NCBI GenBank assembly: GCA_964588985.1
Contig: CAZPQW010000004.1
Span: forward strand, 120,375-184,374
Length of the DNA: 64,000 nt
DNA from: an uncultured Solirubrobacteraceae bacterium
GTDB taxonomy: Bacteria; Actinomycetota; Thermoleophilia; Solirubrobacterales; Solirubrobacteraceae
Direction of reading: 5' to 3'
Positions within the stretch are counted from its first letter, which is position 1. Each line of letters starts with the position of its first letter. Below the pieces are notes generated by a model that saw only the letters and a program-made list of their open reading frames with translations, was not told the DNA's origin and made no database searches. The position numbers were made by a program, and so were the translations under genes. Of the stretch, positions 8,758-17,884 are shown piece after piece.

Positions 8758-9075
8758 CTACCTGCCGGTCGTGCGGTGCATGGAGGCGCGTTTGTGGCCC
8801 GGGCTGCCTCGTCCCGTGGCCGCGCCGCTTGAGCTCGCGCCATGGGCGGGCGTGGGCGTGCGGCGGATGAGCATGCGCAGCGCTCGGTCGCCCGCGCCCT
8901 CCTCGGCCCGCTCGCTCAGCGTCTTCGGGTCTACCGTGCGCAGCACGGGACCGCGGCTGGGGTCGAGAACCGCGACGACGACCTTGGCTCTGCTGGGCAC
9001 GTCGAACACGATCCCGTCGAGGGCCGGGCCGCCGTCCGCGACCGTGACGAGTTCACCAGCGGTTGCGGACTCCAT
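8758..9075 (-). CDS. Hypothetical protein (small beta domain plus basic tail)
   Basis: Fills the gap between convergent/divergent genes; DGIVFDVPSRAKVVVAVLD. Confidence 0.65.
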   Translation of the reverse strand: MESATAGELVTVADGGPALDGIVFDVPSRAKVVVAVLDPSRGPVLRTVDPKTLSERAEEGAGDRALRMLIRRTPTPAHGASSSGAATGRGSPGHKRASMHRTTGR

Positions 9076-9156
9076 CGCCACAGCCTACTGCGCCGCTCCG
9101 GCGACGTGTCTCTGTTTGCGGTGCATACGACCTGACGCACGCATACGCTCTCGGTA

Positions 9157-10608
9157 GTGCAACCCCTGGAGAAGCTGCGTGCGCGCATGGCCGAGCTCTC
9201 GGACCTCGCGTCGATCGAGATGCTGCTCAGCTGGGATCAGCTGGTGATGATGCCCTCACAGGGCGGCGAGTCCAGGGGACAGCACCTCGGCACCCTCGCG
9301 CGCGTCACACACGAGCTTGCGACCGCGCAGGAGATCGGAAGCTGGCTCGAGGAGCTCGACGGCGCCGCGCTCGACGGCCTGGACGCCGATGTGGTGCGGC
9401 TGGCGCGGCGCGACTTCGAGCGCGCGCGCCGCGTTCCGGAAGATCTCGCTGTGGAGCTGGCCCGCGCGGGCACCGAGGGTCAGGAGATCTGGCAGCAGGC
9501 GCGCGCGGATGACGACTTCGGCGCGTTCGCTCCGGCGCTCGAGCGAAACGTGGAGCTTGCGCGCTCCTACGGCGAATGCGTGGCGGGCGAGGACGAGAGC
9601 GCTTACGAGGGCCTGCTCGGCGATTACGACTTCGGTCTGCGCACGGATGAGCTGCGCCGCGTGTTCGATGCGCTCGCGGTAGCGCTGCCACCGCTCGTGG
9701 AGCGCGCGAGCGCGTGCTCTCCACCTCGGAGCATCGAGGTGCCGATCAGCGCACAGCAGGCGGCCGTGACGGGCACGCTGCGTCGCCTGGGCGTGGAGAG
9801 CGACAGCTGGAGGGTGGACGTATCGACGCACCCGTTCACCGCGTGGATCGGGCGCGGAGACTCGCGCGTGACGACGCGCTACGGCGACGGCGAGGTGGAG
9901 TCGCTGCTGAGCTCGCTGCACGAGTACGGGCACGCGCTGTACGAGCGCCAGGTCGACCCGCTGCTGGACCGCACGAACCTCGGCGGCGGCACGTCGATGT
10001 CGATCCACGAGTCCCAGAGCAAGCTGTGGGAGAACCACGTCGCGCGCAACCGCGCGTTCGCCGAGGTGCTCGCGGCGGAGCTGCGCGGCGGAGGGTTCGA
10101 GGTGACGGCGGCGGAGCTGCACGCGAGCCTCGTCGGCGTCGCGCCCTCGGCGATCCGCGTGTCCGCCGACCCGCTCACATACCCGCTGCACATCGTGCTG
10201 CGCTTCGAGCTGGAGCTTGCGCTGATCGCAGGCGATCTCGCGGTCGCGGACCTGCCGGACGCGTGGCGTGAGGGGATGCGCCGTCTGCTCGGGGTGGAGG
10301 TCGCCTCGGACGCGGTTGGTTGTCTGCAGGACGTGCACTGGAGCTCGGGCAGCTTCGGCTACTTCCCCAGCTATGCGCTCGGCTGCCTGATCGCGGCGCA
10401 GCTGTGGGAGGCGATGGAGGCCGAGATCGGCCCGCGCGAGGAGGATCTGCGCCGCGGCGAGGTGGCCCCGATTCAGCGCTGGCTCGGCGAGCGGGTGCAC
10501 CGCCACGGCAGGCGCATGGACACGACGGAGCTGGTCGAGCACGCCACGGGGCGGGCGTTGGAGATCGAGCCGTTCCTGCGCTACGTGGCGCCGCTCGCCG
10601 AAGGCTGA
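9157..10608 (+). CDS. M32 carboxypeptidase (carboxypeptidase Taq family)
   Basis: HPF, HEYGH zinc motif, HESQSKLWEN, IRVSAD, QDVHW, GYFPSYALG. Confidence 0.95.
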   Translation: MQPLEKLRARMAELSDLASIEMLLSWDQLVMMPSQGGESRGQHLGTLARVTHELATAQEIGSWLEELDGAALDGLDADVVRLARRDFERARRVPEDLAVELARAGTEGQEIWQQARADDDFGAFAPALERNVELARSYGECVAGEDESAYEGLLGDYDFGLRTDELRRVFDALAVALPPLVERASACSPPRSIEVPISAQQAAVTGTLRRLGVESDSWRVDVSTHPFTAWIGRGDSRVTTRYGDGEVESLLSSLHEYGHALYERQVDPLLDRTNLGGGTSMSIHESQSKLWENHVARNRAFAEVLAAELRGGGFEVTAAELHASLVGVAPSAIRVSADPLTYPLHIVLRFELELALIAGDLAVADLPDAWREGMRRLLGVEVASDAVGCLQDVHWSSGSFGYFPSYALGCLIAAQLWEAMEAEIGPREEDLRRGEVAPIQRWLGERVHRHGRRMDTTELVEHATGRALEIEPFLRYVAPLAEG

Positions 10609-10627
10609 CCCGCGAGGACCCAGAGCC

Positions 10628-12289
10628 TCAGGCGGTTGCCGCCGCCGCGGCCCGGCCGGCGATCCGTCCAGAGAACAGGCAGCCGCCGAGGAACGTTCCC
10701 TCGAGCGCCCGGTAGCCGTGCACGCCGCCGCCGCCGAAGCCCGCGACCTCGCCCGCCGCGTACAGCCCCGCAAGCGGCTCGCCGGTGCTCTGCAGCACAC
10801 GGCTGGAGAGGTCCGTCTGCAGCCCGCCGAGCGTCTTGCGCGTGAGGATGCTCAGGCGCACGGCGATCAGCGGGCCGGCGTCTGGGTCGAGGATGCGGTG
10901 CGGCGCGGCGATGCGGGTGATCCTGTCGGCCCAGTAGGCGCGCGCGCCACGGATGGCGGTGACCTGCAGGTCCTTGGTATAGGGGTTGGCGATCTCGCGG
11001 TCACGGGCGAGGACTTCGCTCTCGACCTGCGCGAGCTCCAGCAGCGGCTCGTCGGTGATCGCGTTCATGCCGGCCACCAGCGCGCGCAGGTCGCGCTCGA
11101 CGACGAAGTCCGCGCCGTGGCGCTTGAACGCCTCGACCGGCGGGGGCGCGCCCTTGCCGAGGCGCGAGGCGAGCACCTGGCGCACGCTCTTGGAGGCGAG
11201 GTCGGGGTTCTGCTCGGAGCCCGACAGCGCGAACTCCTTCTCGATGATCTTCTGCGTGAGCAGGAACCACGTGTGCTCGTGGCCGGTGCGCATGATGTGC
11301 TCGAGCGTGCCGAGCGTGTCGAAGCCGGGAAACAGCGGCACCGGCAGGCGTTTGCCGGTCGCGTCGAGCCACAGCGAGGACGGGCCGGGGATGATGCGGA
11401 TGCCGTGCCGGCTCCAGATCGGGTCCCAGTTCTCGAGGCCCTCGACGTAGTGCCACATGCGATCGGGGTTGATCACGTTCGCACCGGCGCTCTGCGAGAT
11501 CTCGATCATGCGCCCGTCGACGTGGTCGGGCACGCCCGCGACCATCCGCGTGGGGGGTTTGCCGAGACGCTCCGGCCAGTTGCGGCGCACCAGATCGAAG
11601 TTCGCTCCGATGCCGCCGGAGGTCACGATCACCGCCTGCGCGGAGAGTTCGAACGTCCCCACCGCGACGCGCGAGCTGGGTCGCCCGCGCTCGACGGCGC
11701 TGTGCTCGAGGATCTCGCCCGAGACACCGTCGATCGCGCCGGCGCTCGCGGTGAGCGCGTCGACCTTGTGCCTGAAGCGCAGCTCGACCAGGCCGCGCCG
11801 CTGCGCCTCGCGCACGCGCCTGACGAACGGCTCGATCACGCCAGGGCCGACGCCCCACGTGAGATGGAAGCGCGGCACTGAGTTGCCGGGCCCATTGGCG
11901 CCGTAGCCGCCGCGCTCGGCCCAGCCGACGTTCGGCACGAAGCGCACCCCCTGGGCGTGCAGCCATGCACGCTTCTCGCCGGACGCGAAGTCCACGTAGG
12001 CCTCCGCCCAACGGCGCGGCCACTCGTCCTCCGGGCGGTCGAACCCAGCGGTGCCGAGCCAGTCCTGCCAAGCGAGCTCGCGCGAGTCGCGGATGCGCAT
12101 CCGCCGCTGCTCGGGGCTGTCGACGAGGAACAGGCCGCCCAGCGACCAGAACGCCTGCCCGCCGAGCGACGCCTCGGGCTCCTGGTCGAGCACGAGCACA
12201 CGGCGTCCCGCGTCGGCGAGCTCGGCGGTGGCCACGAGGCCGGCGAGGCCGCCGCCGACGACGATCACATCGGCATCGAGAGCGCTCAT
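10628..12289 (-). CDS. FAD-binding dehydrogenase (KsdD-like, COG3573 type)
   Basis: VVGGGLAG Rossmann motif, GNSVPRFHLTWG, TRKTLGGLQTD, GLYAAGEVAGFGGGGVHGY. Confidence 0.92.
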   Translation of the reverse strand: MSALDADVIVVGGGLAGLVATAELADAGRRVLVLDQEPEASLGGQAFWSLGGLFLVDSPEQRRMRIRDSRELAWQDWLGTAGFDRPEDEWPRRWAEAYVDFASGEKRAWLHAQGVRFVPNVGWAERGGYGANGPGNSVPRFHLTWGVGPGVIEPFVRRVREAQRRGLVELRFRHKVDALTASAGAIDGVSGEILEHSAVERGRPSSRVAVGTFELSAQAVIVTSGGIGANFDLVRRNWPERLGKPPTRMVAGVPDHVDGRMIEISQSAGANVINPDRMWHYVEGLENWDPIWSRHGIRIIPGPSSLWLDATGKRLPVPLFPGFDTLGTLEHIMRTGHEHTWFLLTQKIIEKEFALSGSEQNPDLASKSVRQVLASRLGKGAPPPVEAFKRHGADFVVERDLRALVAGMNAITDEPLLELAQVESEVLARDREIANPYTKDLQVTAIRGARAYWADRITRIAAPHRILDPDAGPLIAVRLSILTRKTLGGLQTDLSSRVLQSTGEPLAGLYAAGEVAGFGGGGVHGYRALEGTFLGGCLFSGRIAGRAAAAATA

Positions 12290-12398
12290 CTGCGGGTGGA
12301 TGCGAGCCGTCGGCTCGGCTGGGTCGCGGTGTGGGTCATGGTCGGCGCGCGGAAGTATCGCAGCGTCTCCGCCGCGCGCGCCGTTCAGGCGAGGCGAG

Positions 12399-13472
12399 TC
12401 AGGCGGCGGGGACCGCGATGGTGAAGGCGTCCACGCTGGGCGTGACTTTGCCGGTCCTGTCCACGCCGGTGTATTCGCCGGTGATCTGCGTCGCGGTCAC
12501 CGCGAGGCGCAGGAACCCCCACTGCTTCGCTTCGAACTGGTCGAGCACGCAGTCCGGCTTCACTTTGAGGCCCGGGACCGCTTCGCGCGCCATCGCGTGC
12601 AGGTTGTGGTAGCCGCTGGCGCCGCACACGACGTAGGAGAGGGTTCGATTCCCGATCGTGCGCGTGAAGCGCTGGTAGTTGTGTACGTGTCCGCTGAGCA
12701 CGAGGTCCGGGTAGCGTCCGGCCGCCGCGAACGCGCGATCGAGCACTTCACCCATGGCCGGCGAGCCACCGTGGTGGGCGTCGGATGAGTAGGGCGGATG
12801 GTGCAGGGTGACGATCAGCGCGCGACCCGCCGGCGCCGCCTGCAGCTCGCCGACGAGCCATTGCTCCTGGTCGGGGTGGATCACCCCTCCGCTCGGCACG
12901 TTGGAGTACAGGCCGACGATCGTCACGAGATCGTCCGTGAGCGTCCAGAACACGTTCGGCTGGTCCATCGTGTCGCGGTTGTACTCGGCCACCTCCGGCA
13001 ACAGCCGCGGCTCGCTGTCGCAGAAGTAGCGCACGAACGCCTGCAGGCTTTCTTCGCCGTCTTCTTCGGGGTCGCCGTCGTGGTTGCCGGGAATCGCGAG
13101 GATCGGGCGGTTGTAGTGCGCGTAGGCCTCGAAGAACTGTGGTGGGTATTCGACCTTCGCGCCGTTGAAGTACACGACGTCGCCGACCGAGTAGCAGAGC
13201 TCCGCGGGCAGCTTCTGCGCTTCGAGGTCCTCGATCAGCGCTTTGGCGACCTCCGCCTGCGGGTTGGGGTCCTTGACGCCGCCGTGGTCTCCGATCACGT
13301 GGAGCGTGCGCTGGGTCGGGTTGAGCTCAGGCGTGACCGTCGAGAGCGCCAGCCGGTAGGGCGGGGCGCCGGTGGGTTTGGGCAGCGGCTGGAACGGTTC
13401 CTTCGCGCCGGTGCTCTGGTCGCGCTGGGCCTGCTCGACCGCGGTCGACGGCTCGATTCCGAAGCGCCGCAT
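12399..13472 (-). CDS. Calcineurin-like metallophosphoesterase (purple acid phosphatase-like), no signal peptide
   Basis: GDHG, GDVVY, GNHD, HHPPY, GHVH metal-ligand motifs. Confidence 0.9.
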   Translation of the reverse strand: MRRFGIEPSTAVEQAQRDQSTGAKEPFQPLPKPTGAPPYRLALSTVTPELNPTQRTLHVIGDHGGVKDPNPQAEVAKALIEDLEAQKLPAELCYSVGDVVYFNGAKVEYPPQFFEAYAHYNRPILAIPGNHDGDPEEDGEESLQAFVRYFCDSEPRLLPEVAEYNRDTMDQPNVFWTLTDDLVTIVGLYSNVPSGGVIHPDQEQWLVGELQAAPAGRALIVTLHHPPYSSDAHHGGSPAMGEVLDRAFAAAGRYPDLVLSGHVHNYQRFTRTIGNRTLSYVVCGASGYHNLHAMAREAVPGLKVKPDCVLDQFEAKQWGFLRLAVTATQITGEYTGVDRTGKVTPSVDAFTIAVPAA

Positions 13473-14278
13473 CAGGCGACCTTGTCGATCACCCAGAAGT
13501 CAGAGCTGAGGCCGAGACTCGGTTCTGAGAGCCATCGAGCGTCCATCCAGAAGTGCCCTTTATCGCCCCATCCCGCGCCCCACGAGTTGCGGACCTCGAA
13601 CACGTTGACCGGGAACCTCTTTAGCGAGAAGTCCCAGCCGATCACCACCACGCAGTGGCCGCCGATGGGTTTGTCGCCGGCCGCCGGCAGCGGCAGATAT
13701 TCCTTGTCCGGCTGCCAGGTCTGGCTCTCGAACACCGACGGGACGGAGAATCCGAAGACCACCGGATACCCCTCCTGGATCGGGGTTCGAATCGGCGAGC
13801 CAGCTTGCCCAGGGAGCACGCGGAAGTATTCCATTGCCAAGTATTTTTTCGCGTCTTCGTAGGCTTTGGCGGGAGGTTTCTCGGCGAACTTGGCGATGTC
13901 GTATGGCCAGTCGGGTTCCTCCGGCGGTGCGCCATCGCTCGCCACGGCCTTGATGCCGTCGCGGATCTGGGCGCCGGAATCCTGACCGACGGTCCCCTCG
14001 ATGACGCGCTCGTTGTAGTAGATGAACAGGCGCGAAGGTGTGGCGGCCGGCAGGCCGCCTCTGATCTGGGCGTGCTCGAGGATCGCCCCCACACCGTTGC
14101 CCGTGCAGGATCCAAGCTGTCCCTGGTCATAGACGGGCGGCATCTCCGCGCGCAGGGAGAACACCGGCGGCAGTTCGACGGCGCGCTGCACGACCCGCTC
14201 GAGGTTGTAGATGCGGTCGCGGTGGTCCGGGAAATCCGGCTGCCAGCCGTAGCGTTCGATCTTGCGCGCGGTGGACAT
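13472..14278 (-). CDS. Papain-like C1 cysteine peptidase (xylellain-like)
   Basis: YGWQPDFPDHRD N-terminus, DQGQLGSCTG (catalytic Cys), GGHCV (His), RNSWG (Asn); AGGAGG RBS; TGATG overlap with the downstream gene. Confidence 0.92.
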   Translation of the reverse strand: MSTARKIERYGWQPDFPDHRDRIYNLERVVQRAVELPPVFSLRAEMPPVYDQGQLGSCTGNGVGAILEHAQIRGGLPAATPSRLFIYYNERVIEGTVGQDSGAQIRDGIKAVASDGAPPEEPDWPYDIAKFAEKPPAKAYEDAKKYLAMEYFRVLPGQAGSPIRTPIQEGYPVVFGFSVPSVFESQTWQPDKEYLPLPAAGDKPIGGHCVVVIGWDFSLKRFPVNVFEVRNSWGAGWGDKGHFWMDARWLSEPSLGLSSDFWVIDKVA

Positions 14279-14624
14279 CGACTACCTCCTGTTGGCCGAG
14301 AATGCGTCTGAGGGTGCCTCCGGCCCGCAGCCCAGTCGAACCCAGTGCAGGTATCGGCCGTTTCGCCCAAGCCGGCGATTTCTGTGAGCGTGAATATCAG
14401 ACGATTCGACAGGCGTCAATGCCAGATGTGAACTCATGTAATTACTCGGATTGAATCTCTCGCAACGAGCGACAATTTCACGCGCGTGCGGTCACCGAAT
14501 TCTCGAGATGATCACCGGCAAAGCAAGATTGGTGAAAAATGTTTCTCTCTTAATCCAGGCGTATGCCGGCGCTCGGATCTTCACCATGAAACCTGCCCGG
14601 CTGGCAGCTAGGTGATAATGGATG

Positions 14625-16445
14625 CTAGAGGTGGCCGGCGATCGGCTCGGTGGCCGCCCAGCCTTCCAGGAACTTCGCGGTGTCGGCGGCGTCGAGCGGA
14701 CGCGCGAACAGGAAGCCCTGACCGCTGTCGCAGCTCTCGCCCTGCAGCAATGTGAGCTCGTGGGCCTGCTCGATGCCCTCGGCGAGGGTCTCGATCGAGA
14801 GCGCCTTGCCGAGCTGCACGAGCGTGCGCAGGATCGTCTCGCCCTCCTCGTTGTGGGACATCTGTGCGATGAACGAGCGGTCGATCTTGAGCGCGTCGAC
14901 GGGGAAGTGCTGGAGGTGGGCCATCGAGGAGTAGCCGGTGCCGAAGTCGTCGATCGCGATGCGCACGCCCAGCTCCTTGACCGCCGCGAGGCGTGCGGCG
15001 GTGGCCACGGTGTCGTGCATGATCGCCGTCTCGGTGACCTCGATCGTGAGCGCGCCCGGTTCGAGGCCGGTCTCCTCGAGGATGCGCCGCACGTCGAGGA
15101 CGAACTCGTCGCTGTCGAGCTGCTTGGCGGAGACGTTGACGGCGATGCCGATCGGATGGCCGGCTTCGCGCCAGCGCACGCCCTGGCTGCAGGCTTCGCG
15201 CAGCACCCACCTGCCGACCGCGACGATCAGACCGGTCTCCTCGAGCAGTCCGATGAAGTTGTCCGGCTGGACGACGTCGCGGGTGGGGCTGTCCCAGCGG
15301 ATCAGCGCCTCGACGCCCGTGGGGCGCATGTCCTGCAGACTGAACGTGGGCTGGTAGACGAGGAAGAACTCGTCGTTCTCGAGCGCCATGCGCAGATCCA
15401 TCTCCAGCTCCATGCGCGTCTGCACGGCCGTCTGCATGCCGGATTCGAAGGAGACGTAGCCGTGGTGTCCGTCCCACTTGGCCTGATACATGGCGATGTC
15501 CGCGTCGCGCAGCAGATCGCCAGCGCAGGTACGGTCTCCCGAGGCGATGCCGATGCTCGCGGTGACCTTCAGCTGACTCTCGCCGGCGGCCTCGAGCTTG
15601 AACGGCTGCGCGAGCGCTTCGAGCAGACGCTCGGCGATCAGCTGCGGTCCCGAGCCGAGCGAGAGCTCGCCGGCGATCACCACGAACTCGTCGCCGCCGA
15701 GACGCCCGACCGCGTCGGACTCGCGCACGACGGCGGTGAGTCGCTGCGCGACCGCGCGCAGGAGCTCGTCTCCGGCCGCATGGCCGAAGGAGTCGTTGAC
15801 CGCCTTGAAGTTGTCGAGGTCGACGAACAGCGCCGCGAGCGGAGTGTGGTTACGGCGTGCGTGCAACATCAGCTGCTCGACTCGGTCGAGGATCAGGGTG
15901 CGGTTGGGCAGGCCGGTGAGTGCGTCGTGCGTGGCCAGGAACGCGAGCTCGTGCTGGCGGCGGGCGAGCTCCTCCTCCGTGCGCCTGCGCTCGGACTCGA
16001 AGGACTCGCACATGCGCACGAGCGTCACGTTGAGGCTGCGCTGGAGCATCGCGAGAGCCTCCGCCAGTACATGATCCTCAAGTTGCAGCGTTCTCGCGCA
16101 CTCGCGGACCACATCCGCCGCCGAGTCGCACCAGCGCAGGCAGCGCTTGGTGACCTCGTTGAGGGGAGCGGCGCGCTGGGAGGCGAGCTGGGCGAAGATC
16201 TGCCATGACTCCTGCCCGACCTCGCGGGCGGCGTCCGCGCCCTCGCCGGCCATCCAGCGGGCGACCGCGACGGTGGACACGGTTCCCACGCGAGCAAAGC
16301 GCTCCTCGACGGCGTCGTCGAGCTGACATCCCGACTGGCGGGTTCGCGTCAGCATCCCGCTGACCACGTCTTCCGTGCGAGCGTTCAGCGCGTGTCCGAG
16401 GCGATGGATGTCCTCTGTCAGCGCGTATGGCGATGTCTCTGGCAT
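14625..16445 (-). CDS. GGDEF-EAL c-di-GMP diguanylate cyclase/phosphodiesterase with helical N-terminal sensor domain
   Basis: HDALTGLPNR, RESD I-site, RLGGDEF, VEALIRW, DDFGTGYSS, QGFLFARP. Confidence 0.95.
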   Translation of the reverse strand: MPETSPYALTEDIHRLGHALNARTEDVVSGMLTRTRQSGCQLDDAVEERFARVGTVSTVAVARWMAGEGADAAREVGQESWQIFAQLASQRAAPLNEVTKRCLRWCDSAADVVRECARTLQLEDHVLAEALAMLQRSLNVTLVRMCESFESERRRTEEELARRQHELAFLATHDALTGLPNRTLILDRVEQLMLHARRNHTPLAALFVDLDNFKAVNDSFGHAAGDELLRAVAQRLTAVVRESDAVGRLGGDEFVVIAGELSLGSGPQLIAERLLEALAQPFKLEAAGESQLKVTASIGIASGDRTCAGDLLRDADIAMYQAKWDGHHGYVSFESGMQTAVQTRMELEMDLRMALENDEFFLVYQPTFSLQDMRPTGVEALIRWDSPTRDVVQPDNFIGLLEETGLIVAVGRWVLREACSQGVRWREAGHPIGIAVNVSAKQLDSDEFVLDVRRILEETGLEPGALTIEVTETAIMHDTVATAARLAAVKELGVRIAIDDFGTGYSSMAHLQHFPVDALKIDRSFIAQMSHNEEGETILRTLVQLGKALSIETLAEGIEQAHELTLLQGESCDSGQGFLFARPLDAADTAKFLEGWAATEPIAGHL

Positions 16446-16454
16446 CAATCCAGC

Positions 16455-16481
16455 GGATCGGCAGCCGGCGCTGATCCCTAA
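16455..16481 (-). promoter_or_regulatory. Putative sigma28 (FliA/WhiG)-type promoter TTAG-N15-GCCGATCC
   Basis: GCCGAT -10 with 15-nt spacing, directly upstream of the GGDEF-EAL start. Confidence 0.45.
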
Positions 16482-16523
16482 ATATGTTGACTATTCGTTA
16501 GCTAGCGTTTCTTAATCTCATCT

Positions 16524-17294
16524 CTAGGGTGGGCAGGGGGTCGATGTGCGCGCGGTCCTGTGAGTTCCGTCGGAGAACGCGAACGTGGCGGCAAATGGGA
16601 ATCCTCCCGCGGGGCAGCTCTTCGGCAGCCGAATCCCGCGAGGGTGGAACGCGATCGTCCTGCCGTTGACGCGTTCGTAGTAGGTCAGATGTTCGGGGCC
16701 GATCGTCGCGTGGAGATGGACGAGTGCGACGTCCGCGCCTTCGGGAAGGCTCGGCACGAGCGGTAGGTGGATGTCGACCTTGCCTCCAAAAGGGCTGCTG
16801 GCGCTCAGCAGGAACGCCGGCAATGCGAGCTGCGCCTGGACCGGACTGCTCCCGTCGGCGTAGAAGATCAGCGCGAAACGTCCGTGAGACACGGGCGCGC
16901 GCACGACGGTGAGCTTGGTCGTCTCGCGCACGATCGTGGGACCGACGGGGATCTCGACGGCCGCGGCCCCGCTGCCCATGATCGAGTTGGGCGGGCAGGC
17001 GCTCAGTCCACGCGCTTCGAGCGACTTCTGGACGCACGTGTCCAGGCCCAGGCCACTCAGCCCGATGCCGATGTTGTTCGGGTAGCGCAGGGCGATCCCG
17101 AGCACCGGCGACGGGGCGCGGCCGTGCGGGGCGCGGATGCGCAGGTCGAACCCGAGCGCGGTGTCGTGACCGAGTATCTCCGGGCTCAGTGTGGCCCTCA
17201 GCTGTACCGACTGTCTCGCTTGTGCCGCGGTGGGAAGGCAGGTGCAGAGGAGCATCGCGCCAAGCGCCGCGATAGCGCGAATCGTTGCCGGCAC
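16524..17294 (-). CDS. Secreted beta-rich hypothetical protein (paralog of 43150-43917)
   Basis: Signal peptide AIAALGAMLLCTCLPTAAQA; C-terminus GIRLPKSCPAGGFPFAATFAFSDG...PCPP. The upstream extension in the ORF track overlaps the next gene and was discarded. Confidence 0.8.
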   Translation of the reverse strand: MPATIRAIAALGAMLLCTCLPTAAQARQSVQLRATLSPEILGHDTALGFDLRIRAPHGRAPSPVLGIALRYPNNIGIGLSGLGLDTCVQKSLEARGLSACPPNSIMGSGAAAVEIPVGPTIVRETTKLTVVRAPVSHGRFALIFYADGSSPVQAQLALPAFLLSASSPFGGKVDIHLPLVPSLPEGADVALVHLHATIGPEHLTYYERVNGRTIAFHPRGIRLPKSCPAGGFPFAATFAFSDGTHRTARTSTPCPP

Positions 17295-17314
17295 AGCGCT
17301 CTCCGTGGACCTGT

Positions 17315-17836
17315 TCAGTAGGAGATGCTGCCGGTGGTTTGCACGGTCATGGAGTAGGTGTAGCGGTCGAGCACCCCATAGAAGCCAGCGCGTCCGTGTG
17401 CATGCCGGTAGCTGCCGGTGCCGCCGGTTGCGGTGAGCGAGCCGCCGAAGCTTTCGTAGCGACCGGATCCGTGTGGAGTGGCCGACGCGTGTCCGACGAT
17501 CGTCCCGTGAGGCGTGAAGATCGTGAACGTCGCCGTTAGCGTGGGGCCGATGTTGGCGTATACGTGCATGCCGCCAGGGATGGTTCCAGTGGCCGTGCCT
17601 TCCTCGAACAACCGCGAGCCGGAGCTCTTGCTCTGGATGCAGTGGAGCTTGGCGGAATCCCTCGCTCTCAGCGTGCGGGCCGTGGTCGCCCGGATTTGGG
17701 CGCTCGCGAGCGGATCCGGTAGGGCGGCGAGGGTGAACGCGCTCAGAGTCAGCAGACAGGCCACCGTGCGAGTCAGGGCACGGCACGTCGCTGATTTGAT
17801 GTCGATCGAGAGCTGTACCCTCATGTTCATATCCAC
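17315..17836 (-). CDS. Secreted protein with dirigent/allene-oxide-cyclase-like TGGTGxYxxAxG motif
   Basis: Signal-like TVACLLTLSAFTLAALPDPLASA; GGSLTATGGTGSYRHAHG. Confidence 0.7.
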   Translation of the reverse strand: MDMNMRVQLSIDIKSATCRALTRTVACLLTLSAFTLAALPDPLASAQIRATTARTLRARDSAKLHCIQSKSSGSRLFEEGTATGTIPGGMHVYANIGPTLTATFTIFTPHGTIVGHASATPHGSGRYESFGGSLTATGGTGSYRHAHGRAGFYGVLDRYTYSMTVQTTGSISY

Positions 17837-17884
17837 GAACGAGATGGTCGAACGATATCGCTTGTCTGGTTGCCTGTCGCGCCC

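Noticed and set aside
14280-14620. AT-richer intergenic region examined for a c-di-GMP riboswitch or ncRNA
   Set aside because: Only short hairpins; no recognisable GEMM or other conserved motif by eye (an Infernal scan would be decisive)
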